A stretch of 64,000 nt of DNA, from the NCBI GenBank assembly GCA_963775425.1, contig CAVZJB010000003.1, positions 662,274 to 726,273 of the forward strand, given 5' to 3'. This DNA is from an uncultured delta proteobacterium. GTDB taxonomy: Bacteria; Myxococcota; UBA727; VGSZ01. Position numbers and translations under genes: made by a program. This document shows, in pieces, positions 54,471-64,000 of the stretch. The notes beneath the pieces were generated by a model. That model saw only the letters and a list, made by a program, of their open reading frames with translations, had not been told where the DNA came from and did no database searches. How positions within the stretch are numbered: the stretch's first letter is position 1; each line of letters starts with the position of its first letter.

Positions 54471-56591
54471 ATGAAGCGTCTGGCCTGGTTCGTCATTGCG
54501 TCCTTCTTCACCATGCTGCCGCTCACGACGACGGCCTGCCCCGCCGAAGGCGAAGGGGAGGGCGAAGGCGAGGGAGACGTCGGTGAAGGTGAGGGTGAAG
54601 GCGAGGGCGAAGGCGAAGGCGAAGGCGAAGGAGAGGGCGAAGGAGAGGGTGAAGGCGAAGGCGAAGGTGAGGACGAGGCCGGCGATCTGTCGAACCCGGC
54701 CCAGATCACGCTCGACTTCAGCCAGACCATCAACCTGACCACCGACGACGTCGACTGCTTCCAGTTCACGCTCGCCGACGACACGCTCGTCGAGGCCACC
54801 ACGCTCGGGTCCGACTGCGAGGACAACTTCTTCGAGCCCGTGCTCGAGCTGTTCGACGAAAACGGCACCTCCATCGTCCAGGAGAGCTTGAACAGTGTCG
54901 GCGACTGCTCGCGGCTCATCGAGCAGGTGAGCGCCGGCACGTACACCATGTGCGTCACCGAGTCCTTCGGCGAGCCCATCAGCACCGATCTCTCCATCGT
55001 CGGCGCGGCGCCCGCCGTGGACGAGGCCGGCGGCCCCGACAACCCGGCCGACGTGAACCTCGACTTCAGCGGCACCGTGCAGATCCTCCCCGCCGGCGAC
55101 GTCGACTGCTTCCGCTTCGATCTCGCCGAGACGCAGGTCGTCCAGATCACCACCGACGGCGACTGCGCCACCGACGTCGACGACAGCTTCCTGCGGCTGT
55201 TCGAGGCCGACGGCACCACCTCCATCGCCACCGACGACGACGGCGCCGCCGGCTTCTGCGCCGGCCTCACCGAGGTGCTCGCGCAGGGCACGTACATCGC
55301 GTGCGTGGAGGACCGCGGGAACAACGACGTCATCCCGGCGCTCGACGTCAGCATCACGGCGTCCACGCCCAACATCCTCAACAACGGCGACCCGTGCGAT
55401 CGCTCGAGCGCCACCGACGTCTGCGACATCGACAACGGCGCCAAGTGCGTGATCTCCACGTTGCCGAACACGCGCACCTGCGAGGTCCCGCAGCTCCTCG
55501 GCGACGGCGAGACGTGCACCGTCGGCCTCGAGAGCATCATCTGCGACGACACGCTGGGCTTCGAGTGCGCGGACCCGGCGCACACGGGCACCACCACCTG
55601 CCAGAACCTGAGCCAGGCCGCGTGCGACCTGCAGGTGAGCTACTCCGATCCGGTCACCCTCGCGACGCCGAGCGGCGGCGACGGCACCACCGGCTCGTGC
55701 AGCAGCACGGCGCGCCCCGAGGCGGTCGTCGGCTACACCACCGCGACCCGCTCCCTCGTGCAGATCCGCGCGCTCGGCGCCAACGCCGTGTGGGCGCGCA
55801 CCTCGTGCACCATCCCCGCGAGCGAGGTCGCGGACGGCTGCACCACCGGCGTGAACCCCGAGCTCGACCTCTTCGACGTGGCCGCCAACACCGACCTGTC
55901 GATCTTCGTGGAGGAGAGCAACGCGCAGTCCGTGGCGGTCATCGTCGACGAGCTGCCCATCATCGAGCACGGCGCCGACGACGTGTGCGACCCCGACGCG
56001 CCCAACGAGATCTGCCCGACGGGCACGCAGTGCCTCGGCGGCCCCGCGCCCGAGCCGTTCACCTGCACCACCTTCCAGGAGATCGCCGACGGCGATCCGT
56101 GCGTCGCGGACAGCACCGCCGGCGCCTGCGTCAGCCCCGACCAGTGCGTGAACAGCACGTGCGTGGGCTCGGCGGTGCAGACGGTGTCGGGCTCGCTCGA
56201 CGCCACGGACCCGACGTGGACGCGCTTCAACATCGACTGCTCGCCGGGCAGCGGCGACCCCAAGCCCTTCGACCGCTTCACCGCCACCAACAACACCGGC
56301 GGCGAGGTGCTCGCCACCTTCGAGCTCACCGCCGCCGGCGACGATCAGAACTGCGGCTTCGACAGCTTCATGCACCTGTTCACGAGCCCCGTGGATCCGC
56401 CCACGGCCACGCAGGGACAGTGCATCGAGGGCGATGACGACGGCGGCGTCGGCACCTGCGCGCTCATCACGCACCGCTTCGCCGACGGTGACGCCGTGGA
56501 CGTGGTGGTGTCGAGCTTCTCCACCGGCACCGGCGCATACGACCTGAAGATGACCACCTTCGGCGGCGCGCTCGACGTCACCGCCGATTGA
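54471..56591 (+). CDS. Acidic Cys-rich surface lipoprotein with (GE)n linker and PPC-like repeats
   Basis: Signal ending TTAC; (GE)n at about 54546-54674; two DVDCF.F..D..L.LF..G repeats. Confidence 0.85.
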   Translation: MKRLAWFVIASFFTMLPLTTTACPAEGEGEGEGEGDVGEGEGEGEGEGEGEGEGEGEGEGEGEGEGEDEAGDLSNPAQITLDFSQTINLTTDDVDCFQFTLADDTLVEATTLGSDCEDNFFEPVLELFDENGTSIVQESLNSVGDCSRLIEQVSAGTYTMCVTESFGEPISTDLSIVGAAPAVDEAGGPDNPADVNLDFSGTVQILPAGDVDCFRFDLAETQVVQITTDGDCATDVDDSFLRLFEADGTTSIATDDDGAAGFCAGLTEVLAQGTYIACVEDRGNNDVIPALDVSITASTPNILNNGDPCDRSSATDVCDIDNGAKCVISTLPNTRTCEVPQLLGDGETCTVGLESIICDDTLGFECADPAHTGTTTCQNLSQAACDLQVSYSDPVTLATPSGGDGTTGSCSSTARPEAVVGYTTATRSLVQIRALGANAVWARTSCTIPASEVADGCTTGVNPELDLFDVAANTDLSIFVEESNAQSVAVIVDELPIIEHGADDVCDPDAPNEICPTGTQCLGGPAPEPFTCTTFQEIADGDPCVADSTAGACVSPDQCVNSTCVGSAVQTVSGSLDATDPTWTRFNIDCSPGSGDPKPFDRFTATNNTGGEVLATFELTAAGDDQNCGFDSFMHLFTSPVDPPTATQGQCIEGDDDGGVGTCALITHRFADGDAVDVVVSSFSTGTGAYDLKMTTFGGALDVTAD

Positions 56592-56609
56592 GCGGAGGTC
56601 CCGGCGGGG

Positions 56610-57242
56610 TCAGCGCGCGAGGAACGCGCTGACCTCGTCGAGGAACTGGTCCTTGCCGGCGCCGCTGCGGATGTCCGTGTGGGTGACGTCCACCTTGAGG
56701 ACGTCGACGCCGTACTTGGACGCGAGGATGGACGGGAAGGCCGTGTAGTAGCCGTTCAGGCCCTCGAGGAAGGCGGGCGCGATGCCGCCCTCCTCGGCGC
56801 GGCCGCGCATGCGGATGCGCTCGAGGAGCGTGTCCACCTTGGGCACCACGAAGCAAATGGCCTTGTCCGGCTTGTGCAGGCCGCGGTTGAGGCGCTCGAA
56901 GTACTCGAAGTACAGGTCGAGCTCGGTGTTGCTCATGTTGCCGAGGCCGTGCAGGTACTTGGCGAAGACCTCGGGGTCCTCGTAGAGGGTGCGGTCCTGG
57001 ATGCAGGACTTCTGCACCTTGTGGATGAGCTCGTGGTGCTGGACCCGCTTGATGAGGAATTCGAGCTGAAGCGTGAAGCTCCAGCGGCGCATGTCCTTGT
57101 AGTAGTCGGCGAGGAAGCGGTTATCGACGACGGGCTCGTCGAACAGCTCGTAGCCGAAGCCCTGCGAGATCATCTTGGCGGCGGTGGTCTTGCCCGCGCC
57201 GATGTTGCCGGCCATGGCGACGAACAGCTTGCGTGTGGTCAC
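56610..57242 (-). CDS. Deoxynucleoside kinase family protein
   Basis: [23 protein letters not shown]; GTG overlaps the carA stop. Confidence 0.92.
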   Translation of the reverse strand: MTTRKLFVAMAGNIGAGKTTAAKMISQGFGYELFDEPVVDNRFLADYYKDMRRWSFTLQLEFLIKRVQHHELIHKVQKSCIQDRTLYEDPEVFAKYLHGLGNMSNTELDLYFEYFERLNRGLHKPDKAICFVVPKVDTLLERIRMRGRAEEGGIAPAFLEGLNGYYTAFPSILASKYGVDVLKVDVTHTDIRSGAGKDQFLDEVSAFLAR

Positions 57243-58412
57243 GACGCCCTCCGCGACGCGGCCTGCTTGCGGAACGCGTCCATCATCTCGACGAAGCGCG
57301 CGAAGTGCACCGCGGCGTCGTGCGGGCCGGGGGCGCTCTCGGGGTGGTACTGCACGGAGAACGCCCAGCGCGCGCGCGCGTCGAGGCCTTCGTTGGTGTC
57401 GTCCGAGAGGTTCCGCTCCGAGGCCCGCGCGCCGTCGGCGACGAGGGTCTCGGGGCTCACCGCGAAGCCGTGGTTCTGCGAGGTGATGAGCACGCGGCCG
57501 CCGAGCGCGCCGTCGTCCTCGATGAGGACGGGCTGGTTTGCGCCGCGGTGGCCGAAGGCGGTCTTGAACGTGGTGGCGCCGAGCGCCTGCGCGAGGATTC
57601 TGGTGGCCCATGCAGATGCCGAACAGCGGCACGCGGCCGAGGAGCGCGCGCACCGCCTCCACCACCTGCGGCACCGTCGAGGGGTCGCCGGGGCCGTTGG
57701 ACAGGAGCACGCCGTCGGGCGACAGCGCCATGACCGCCGCGGCGTCGGTGCCGGCGGGGACGAGGGTGACGCGGCAGCCGTGGTGCACGAGGAGGCGCGC
57801 CATGTTGCGCTTCAGGCCGAAGTCGAACGCGACGACGTGGAACGTGGCCGGCCGCAGCGGCGGGACGGGCGCGCCGGCGTCGTCGAGGAGCCCCTCCGTG
57901 AACGGCTCGGGCGCGGCGCGCGTGACCGCGGAGATGAGCTCGCAGCCGGCCATGCCGGGCAGCGCGCGGGCGCGCTCACGCAGGGCGGCGACGTCGGCGC
58001 CGGGCTCGCTGGACAGGACGCCCATCACCGTGCCGCGGTCGCGGAGCCGGCGCACCAGCGCCCGGGTGTCGATGCCGGCGATGCCGGGGATGCCGGCGCC
58101 CTCGAGCCAACCGTGGAGGTCGAGCTCGCTGCGCCAGTTGCTCACGACGGGAGACAGCGAACGCACGACGAGCCCCGCCGGTTGGAGGCGGTCGCTCTCG
58201 GCGTCGCGGGGACAGACGCCGTAGTTGCCGATCTCGGGGTAGGTGAGCGTGAGGATCTGCCGGCGGTACGAAGGATTGGTGAGCAGCTCCGGGTAGCCGG
58301 TCATCGAGGTGTTGAAGACCACCTCGCCCTCGACGCTGGCGCGCGCGCCGAAGGCGGTGCCGCGGAAGGCGGTTCCGTCGGCGAGGACGAGGACGGCGGC
58401 GGGATTCTTCAT
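57239..58412 (-). CDS. carA: Carbamoyl-phosphate synthase small subunit, apparent +1 frameshift at 57598-57599
   Basis: [15 protein letters not shown] and GICMGHQ, then [16 protein letters not shown] and QYHPE in another frame. Confidence 0.92.
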
Positions 58413-59734
58413 GGCGCCCCCCGCGTATACGCCACCCGGCCCGCGACGAGGGTGTGCTCGACGCGGCCGGCGGCGGGCAGGCCGAGCCAGGGGTTGGCCG
58501 GGGCGCGGGCGCCGGCGAGGCGGGCGTCGACGACCTCCGCGCCGTCGTCGGTGCGGCGGAGGATGACGAGGTCGGCGCGGGCGTCGACGTCGATGTGGCC
58601 GCGGTCGGTGAGGCCGAGGATCTTCGCCGGCAGGGCGCTCGTGGCGCGCGCGAGCTCGAGCGGCGTGAGCGTCCCGCACAACAGCGGCAAGGTCAGCGCC
58701 AGCGACGACGCCCCCGCCTCCGCGAGCGCGAACTCGAGGTCCTTGGTGCGGTTGGGCACCGCGCGATGTCCGGACGAGACGGCGAGGGCGCCGCGCTTGA
58801 CGGCGTCGAGCAGCGCCGCGCGCGAGGCGGCCGTGGGCAGCGGGGGATCGAGGCGCAACAGCGGGTCATAGCGACGCTCGAGGTGCGCGCGCTCGTCGAG
58901 GAGCAGGTGCCACGGGTGCACCTCGGCGGACACCGCGAGCGAGGCCGCCGGCGACGCGCCTTTGCGCTCGAAGACCTCGAGGGCGGCGGCCGAGAACAAG
59001 GGGCCGAGGTGCACGGGCAAGCCGACGAGGCGCGAAAGCTCCATATGGCGCCACGCCGCCAGGGCGTCGGCGAGCTCGGGCACCGCGGGCAGGCCGAGGC
59101 GGGTGGACACGGCGCTCTCGACGATGACGCCGCCGCCGGCGAGGTCGCGGGCGGGGCCCGGCAGGACCGCGAGGCGCGCGCCGGCGCCCCGGGCGTATTC
59201 GAGGCAGCGGCGCAGGACCTCGGCGTCGTCGGTGAAGGCCGCGTCGCCGAAGATCTCGACGCCGACGGCGCACATATCGGCGATGTCGGCGGGCTCCTTG
59301 CCGTCGCGCTTGCGCGTGAGCGCGCCGGCGACGATCACCGTGGGCGCCGTGCCGAACTGTGACGACACCGGTCCCAGCGCGCGGGACGCGGCAGCCCTCC
59401 GGTGCAAGACGTCGTCGCTGCCGTCCACCGCGGGCGAGGTGTCGGGCAGCGCGACCAGCGTGGTGACGCCGCCGCGCAGCGCGTTGGTGAGCGTGGTGGC
59501 GATGTCCTCGTCGTGCTCGCGGCCCGGGTCGCGCAGGTGCACGCCGAGGTCGATCATGCCGGGCAGCACCCAGCAGCCGGCGGCGTCGAGGACGCGCGCG
59601 CCCGGCGGCTCCGGCGAGCCGCCCTCGACGACGGCGGCGATGCGGTTGTGCGCCAGGTGGAGGTCTGCGACGACGTCGCGCCCGCTCTGGCCGCAAACCA
59701 CGCGCCCGCCCTTGATGACGACGTCGATGTTCAT
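58409..59734 (-). CDS. pyrC: Dihydroorotase-like protein, probably inactive PyrC'
   Basis: [22 protein letters not shown]; metal and catalytic residues altered. Confidence 0.85.
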   Translation of the reverse strand: MNIDVVIKGGRVVCGQSGRDVVADLHLAHNRIAAVVEGGSPEPPGARVLDAAGCWVLPGMIDLGVHLRDPGREHDEDIATTLTNALRGGVTTLVALPDTSPAVDGSDDVLHRRAAASRALGPVSSQFGTAPTVIVAGALTRKRDGKEPADIADMCAVGVEIFGDAAFTDDAEVLRRCLEYARGAGARLAVLPGPARDLAGGGVIVESAVSTRLGLPAVPELADALAAWRHMELSRLVGLPVHLGPLFSAAALEVFERKGASPAASLAVSAEVHPWHLLLDERAHLERRYDPLLRLDPPLPTAASRAALLDAVKRGALAVSSGHRAVPNRTKDLEFALAEAGASSLALTLPLLCGTLTPLELARATSALPAKILGLTDRGHIDVDARADLVILRRTDDGAEVVDARLAGARAPANPWLGLPAAGRVEHTLVAGRVAYTRGAP

Positions 59735-60726
59735 TCGCCGACCCCTTCGACCGAGGGCCCGAGGCGCGCGTGCCCGAGCGCGAGCAGGTACAGCACCGCC
59801 ATGCGCACGGCGACGCCGTTTTCGGCCTGCTCGAGGATCACCGAGCGGGGGTCGTCGGCGACGTCGCTGTCGATCTCGACGCCGCGGTTGACGGGGCCCG
59901 GGTGCATCACCAGCGCGTGCGGCGGCAGGCGGGCGAAGCGGTCCTTGGTGAGGCCCCAGCCGCGAAGGTAGTCGCGGTCGCTGCCCATGTCGGCGCCGCC
60001 GGCGGACAGCGTGCGCTCCTTCTGGATGCGCAACATCATGACGGCGTCGACGCCCTCGATGACCCGGTCCATGTGCGTCTCGACGTCGACGCCGTACTCC
60101 GAGAGGCCGGCGGGCAGCATGGTCGCCGGTCCGCAGACCCGGACGTCGGCGCCGAGCAGCTTCAAGCACAACATGTTGCTGCGCGCGACGCGCGATCGCG
60201 CGATGTCGCCGACGATGGCGACGGTCTTTCCCGACAGGCCGTCCGCGGGCGCGCGCTCCCAGCGATCGAGCAGCGTGTACGCGTCGAGGAGCGCCTGGGT
60301 GGGGTGCTCGTGGCGTCCGTCGCCGGCGTTCACGACGGCGCCGGACATCGCCCGCGCGAGCATCTGCGGCGCCCCCGCCTGCCCGTGGCGCACGACGACG
60401 AGATCGGGGCGCATGGCCTCGATGTTGCGCGCGGTGTCGAGGAGGGTCTCGCCCTTTTGCACCGAGCTGCCGCTCGCCGAAAACGACAGCGTGTCCGCGC
60501 TCAAGCGCTTGGCCGCCAGCTCGAAGCTCAAGCGTGTGCGCGTGCTGTTTTCAAAGAACATCATGGCCACGGTGCGCCCGCGCAGCACCGGCACCTTCTT
60601 GAGCTGGCGCTCGTTGACCTCGTGGAAGGAGCGCGCGGTCTCCAGGATGAGCACCAGGTCCTCGCGGGTGAGCCCCTCGATCTGCATGAGGTGCGGCTGC
60701 GAGAGCGTGCGCACGGAGCCGGTCAC
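59731..60726 (-). CDS. pyrB: Aspartate carbamoyltransferase catalytic subunit
   Basis: FFENSTRT, HPTQALLD, RIQKER, MHPGP. Confidence 0.97.
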   Translation of the reverse strand: MTGSVRTLSQPHLMQIEGLTREDLVLILETARSFHEVNERQLKKVPVLRGRTVAMMFFENSTRTRLSFELAAKRLSADTLSFSASGSSVQKGETLLDTARNIEAMRPDLVVVRHGQAGAPQMLARAMSGAVVNAGDGRHEHPTQALLDAYTLLDRWERAPADGLSGKTVAIVGDIARSRVARSNMLCLKLLGADVRVCGPATMLPAGLSEYGVDVETHMDRVIEGVDAVMMLRIQKERTLSAGGADMGSDRDYLRGWGLTKDRFARLPPHALVMHPGPVNRGVEIDSDVADDPRSVILEQAENGVAVRMAVLYLLALGHARLGPSVEGVGE

Positions 60727-61304
60727 GGCTTCCTCCGATCCACGAGCGGCGTCACCACCACCTCGTCGGCCTCGGCGCCTTCCTCGACGAGGCGCACGGC
60801 GACGTGCTCCTCGCGGGTGGTCTCGATGGCGCGGCCGACGAAGTCCGCGGCGACGGGGAGCTCCCGGAGGCCGCGATCGACGAGGACCGCGAGGCGCACG
60901 CACGCGGGCCGCCCGAGGTCGAGCAGGGCATCGAGCGCGGCGCGCACGGTGCGCCCGGTGAACAGCACGTCGTCGACGAGGACGACGGCGCGGCGCTCGA
61001 CCTCGAAGCCGATCTCGGTCCCGCGCAGCAGCGGCACCGGGTTGCCGGCGAGGAGGACGTCGTCGCGATAGAGCGTGATGTCGAGGACGCCCACGGGCGG
61101 CGCCGCGCCGCGGAGCTTGCCGATCTCGCCCGCCAGGCGCGCGGCCACGTGCGCGCCGCCGGTGCGAATGCCGACGAGGGCGAGGCTGTCGGCGTCGACG
61201 CCGAGGGGCCCGCGGGCGTCCTGCGCCACGCGATCGACGATCTCGTGCGCGAGCCGGGCGATGACCCGCTGGACGTCGTCGCGGTCGAGCACGCGCTTCT
61301 GCAC
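60723..61304 (-). CDS. pyrR: PyrR (regulator/UPRTase)
   Basis: LDITLYRDD, VDDVLFTGRT, VDRG.RELP. Confidence 0.95.
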   Translation of the reverse strand: MQKRVLDRDDVQRVIARLAHEIVDRVAQDARGPLGVDADSLALVGIRTGGAHVAARLAGEIGKLRGAAPPVGVLDITLYRDDVLLAGNPVPLLRGTEIGFEVERRAVVLVDDVLFTGRTVRAALDALLDLGRPACVRLAVLVDRGLRELPVAADFVGRAIETTREEHVAVRLVEEGAEADEVVVTPLVDRRKP

Positions 61305-61335
61305 GAGGCCCCGGTAGGGGCGCGGCGCAGAAGGG

Positions 61336-61752
61336 TCAATACGAGCCGATGACTTCCTGATCGACGTAGAGGTGCTTCTCGAAGTGGATCGGCTTGATGT
61401 CCAGGATGGGGCCGATGGTCCAGATCTCGACGTCGACGGGGTAGTGGATCTCCATGGTGCACTTCCACTTGTCGCTCTGCGGGACCTTGTGCGCCTCCAT
61501 GGTGAAGCTGTCCTGGGTGAGCTGCACGCCCGCTCTGTGGGTGGTCTCGATGAAGCGGATCTTGGGGTCTCGCGCGACCGTCTTTTCGCCGTAGCGGGCG
61601 ACCTTGATGGCGTCGTTGCAGGCGAGGGCGCCCTGGTTTTTGACCTCGTACCCCTGGGAAAACTGCGGGTACCAGGACATCAGGGCGAAGGCGGCGACGA
61701 TGCCAAGCAGGGTCCAGATGAACTTCTGCAGGTTTCCTTCGGCGCTTCGCAT
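61336..61752 (-). CDS. Single-TM exported protein (DUF4845/pilin-like)
   Basis: Short basic N-terminus ending EG, TM helix, Cys pair. Confidence 0.6.
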   Translation of the reverse strand: MRSAEGNLQKFIWTLLGIVAAFALMSWYPQFSQGYEVKNQGALACNDAIKVARYGEKTVARDPKIRFIETTHRAGVQLTQDSFTMEAHKVPQSDKWKCTMEIHYPVDVEIWTIGPILDIKPIHFEKHLYVDQEVIGSY

Positions 61753-61825
61753 CCTGGCTCCCGACTTTTCCGACCGTTGAGCGTTGACAGAATAATCGCA
61801 GCGTCGCACCTTGTTTCAAAGCCGA

Positions 61826-61902
61826 CGGAGCGTGGCGCAGTTTGGTAGCGCACTAGACTGGGGGTCTAGGGGTCGCAGGTTCAAATCCTGTCGCTCCGAC
61901 CA
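61826..61902 (+). tRNA. tRNA-Pro (GGG)
   Basis: CGGAGCG/CGCTCCG acceptor stem, CTAGA-CTGGGGG-TCTAG anticodon arm, GTTCAAATC, CCA end; TTGACA at 61784. Confidence 0.97.
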
Positions 61903-63059
61903 GGAAACCCTGTGGAAACACAGGGTTTCTTTTTGTCCGCCGCTTTCGTCTCCCCCAGGTCTCCACGGAGCCCTCGGCGATCGACACCGTTCAGGAGGCC
62001 GATCGCCGTCGAGCGGGCCGCCGGCGACAGGTGCATGTACCGCATCGTCGTCGTCAGCTCGGCGTGCCCGGCGAGCTCTTGGATGGCCTTCGCAGGCGCA
62101 CCGAGGATCGCCAGGTGTGAACAGAACGTGTGCCGCAGGATGTGGAGACGCCCTTTCACCTCGAGCCCCGCCCGCCGCTCCACCCGCTGCATCAGGTTGC
62201 GCACGCCGCGCATCGTCAGCGGCGCGCCGCCCTCCGCGTACAGCACGCGGTTCCCTCGCAGATGCCGATGGGCCTCGAGCGCCGCGAGCAGCCGATCGGT
62301 CATCGGCACGTCGCGGGAGCGCCCGCCCTTCGGCAGCGTCGTGTGGGCCTTCCAGTCGGCCTCGGCGACGCGAACGATGCGGCGGTCGAACAACACGTTG
62401 TGCCACTTGAGCGCTGTGATCTCGCCAAGCCGAAGCCCGGCGTCACCGGCCAGGAGCACGAGGACCTCTGCGGTTCCGCCGATGCATTCCGCGCCTTCGA
62501 GCAGGCGGGCGTAGTCGTCGAAGTCGTAGAAGGGCCTCTCCGTGCCGTGCCATCGGAGGAGCTTGATGGAGCAAGGAACGTCGTCGATGACGCCCCACTC
62601 GGCAGCCTTCTTCAAGACAACCGAGAGAATCGTCAAAATGTTGTTCACCGTCTTCGGGGACAGATGCGCGAGCTTGGCCTTGAGCGTCTGCACGTCGGCG
62701 TTCGTGATCTCGTCGAGGCGTTTGTCGTTGAGGTGCGGAACCAAGTACACCTCGAACGCTCTCTCCTTGTTCCACGTCGTCGACGGCTTCTGCCGTTCGG
62801 CCCTGCAATGCTGTTCGATGTACCGCGCTCGAAACTCGCTCAAGCGCGGCGCGGGTTCTCTCCTCACCTCCTCGGTCTTCTGCGGGCCCGCGAGCAACCG
62901 CTCACGTTCACGGGCGTCGCCCCACTTCCGCGCAGCCGACAGCGACGACACCGGAGCGACAATTCGCTCGCGGTATCGGTCGCCGTCGGGCCACTCAAAG
63001 CGGATGTCCACTTCGTACTTTCCTTCTCGCCCTCGAAAGGGCCTCACTTTCACGCTCAT
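61881..63059 (-). CDS. Tyrosine integrase
   Basis: GLRLGE, HILRH, LAGH, TMRY; GAGG RBS. Confidence 0.95.
   Translation of the reverse strand: MSVKVRPFRGREGKYEVDIRFEWPDGDRYRERIVAPVSSLSAARKWGDARERERLLAGPQKTEEVRREPAPRLSEFRARYIEQHCRAERQKPSTTWNKERAFEVYLVPHLNDKRLDEITNADVQTLKAKLAHLSPKTVNNILTILSVVLKKAAEWGVIDDVPCSIKLLRWHGTERPFYDFDDYARLLEGAECIGGTAEVLVLLAGDAGLRLGEITALKWHNVLFDRRIVRVAEADWKAHTTLPKGGRSRDVPMTDRLLAALEAHRHLRGNRVLYAEGGAPLTMRGVRNLMQRVERRAGLEVKGRLHILRHTFCSHLAILGAPAKAIQELAGHAELTTTMRYMHLSPAARSTAIGLLNGVDRRGLRGDLGETKAADKKKPCVSTGFPGRSDRI
61904..61934 (+). terminator. Intrinsic terminator after the tRNA
   Basis: GAAACCCTGTG-GAAA-CACAGGGTTTC-TTTTT. Confidence 0.85.
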
Positions 63060-63125
63060 CGTCGAGACCTCCTCGACGACCGCGCACGGGATGCCGGACC
63101 ATACCGCGCGCGGATCGTCGGCGCC

Positions 63126-63338
63126 TTACGCTTTGGTGCTGCTGCGCTCGACGAGCGCGATGAGCTCCTTGCGTCTGATCAGCACCCGGCGGCCGATGCG
63201 GCAGACCGCGCCCGCCATCCAGCCGCGCTCAATGAGCGCGTAGACGGCGCGCCGCGTCGTGCGCAGCAACGTGGCCGCTTCATCCGCTGTCAGGAAAACG
63301 CGGCGGTTCGGTCCTGGCGTTGCCTCTTCATCCACGAT
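63126..63338 (-). CDS. Excisionase-like HTH_17 protein
   Basis: FLTADEAATLL...AVYALIERG...RIGRRVLI; next to the integrase. Confidence 0.85.
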   Translation of the reverse strand: MVDEEATPGPNRRVFLTADEAATLLRTTRRAVYALIERGWMAGAVCRIGRRVLIRRKELIALVERSSTKA

Positions 63339-63448
63339 GCACCTCGTCGGCGGGCGTGCACCCGGGTCGTCCGGGCTCGACGCGCCTCCTATAAGGGATC
63401 GTCGGTGGACGAGGTCGCGCGCTCAGCGAGCGGGAGTACACTTGCTGC

Positions 63449-63916
63449 TTGCGCGCGGATTCGCTGCTCGCGGTGCTCGTCGTCGTCCTCGGATGCGGAC
63501 GGTGCGCGGGACGCTTGGCCGCGGAGCTCGGCAGCCCGTGTGCCTCCGACACCGATTGTGTCGGAGGCCGGTGCCGCCCCGCGGGTGACCGCGATCGATG
63601 CACGGCCGTCGTCGGCAGGGGCGGTGCGTGCGGCGCCAACGCAACAACCGAATGCGACAACGGGCTCGAGTGCAAGTGCGACGTCTCCAAGGCACCCGGC
63701 GATCCGCTTTGCGATGCGGGCGAGGTCTGCGTTGAGTTCTGCAGCCGCGCGGCGCCTCCGGACTTTTCCGCGCCCGCTGGGAAGTGCGGCGCAAAGCCCG
63801 CGGGCGGCGAGCTCTGTCACGACCAGTGCGAGATTTCGCACGTCGACAACGAGTGCGCGGACGGGCTCACGTGCTCCGTGCCGTGTCCATCGCCGCCGCT
63901 GCTTTGTTGTGGCTGA
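63449..63916 (+). CDS. Cys-rich putative lipoprotein
   Basis: VLVVVLGC; C.SD.DC...C modules. Confidence 0.55.
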   Translation: MRADSLLAVLVVVLGCGRCAGRLAAELGSPCASDTDCVGGRCRPAGDRDRCTAVVGRGGACGANATTECDNGLECKCDVSKAPGDPLCDAGEVCVEFCSRAAPPDFSAPAGKCGAKPAGGELCHDQCEISHVDNECADGLTCSVPCPSPPLLCCG

Positions 63917-64000
63917 TTGCCTGGGTCGTTGATTCGCGGCGCGTTGCGCCGCACTGCCAGCGACCTCGCGACGCCCGTCGCCGTAGGCGACACCGGCGAA

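Larger units (their letters stand above)
61881..64000. mobile_element. Left end of a prophage or integrative element at tRNA-Pro
   Basis: tRNA-int-xis arrangement; visibly more AT-rich codon usage. Confidence 0.8.

Noticed and set aside
56610-58679. 689-aa CarA-dNK fusion ORF
   Set aside because: Product of a single-base frameshift; dNK has its own coupled start
61305-61335. PyrR attenuator leader
   Set aside because: Only 31 bp intergenic and no binding-loop motif seen

Overview
High-GC bacterial chromosome window. The gene families suggest Myxococcota or a related deltaproteobacterium (inference). Housekeeping genes: infB-DUF503-rbfA-glmM, sppA, ychF, trmH-like, smc, psuG-maf, pdxJ, pyrR-pyrB-pyrC'-carA-dNK and tRNA-Pro(GGG). 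These are mixed with many Cys-rich or acidic lipoproteins, an srsABC-like type III PKS set, two inverted IS1182-type remnants and the start of an integrative element at tRNA-Pro. Most interesting: (1) a GlgE-pathway glucan set (maltokinase, GlgE, GlgB) in which all three enzymes carry 60-75 aa basic S/T/P-rich N-terminal leaders resembling type III secretion signals; (2) a three-gene unit of two membrane-active proteins with similar leaders plus a DcrB/Eag-like chaperone; (3) a lipoprotein with a sponge-like domain; (4) a cysteine-less radical-SAM homologue with a clamp-binding motif and a LexA-like box. Two or three single-base frameshifts probably reflect assembly indels. All family calls come from motif reading, not database searches.
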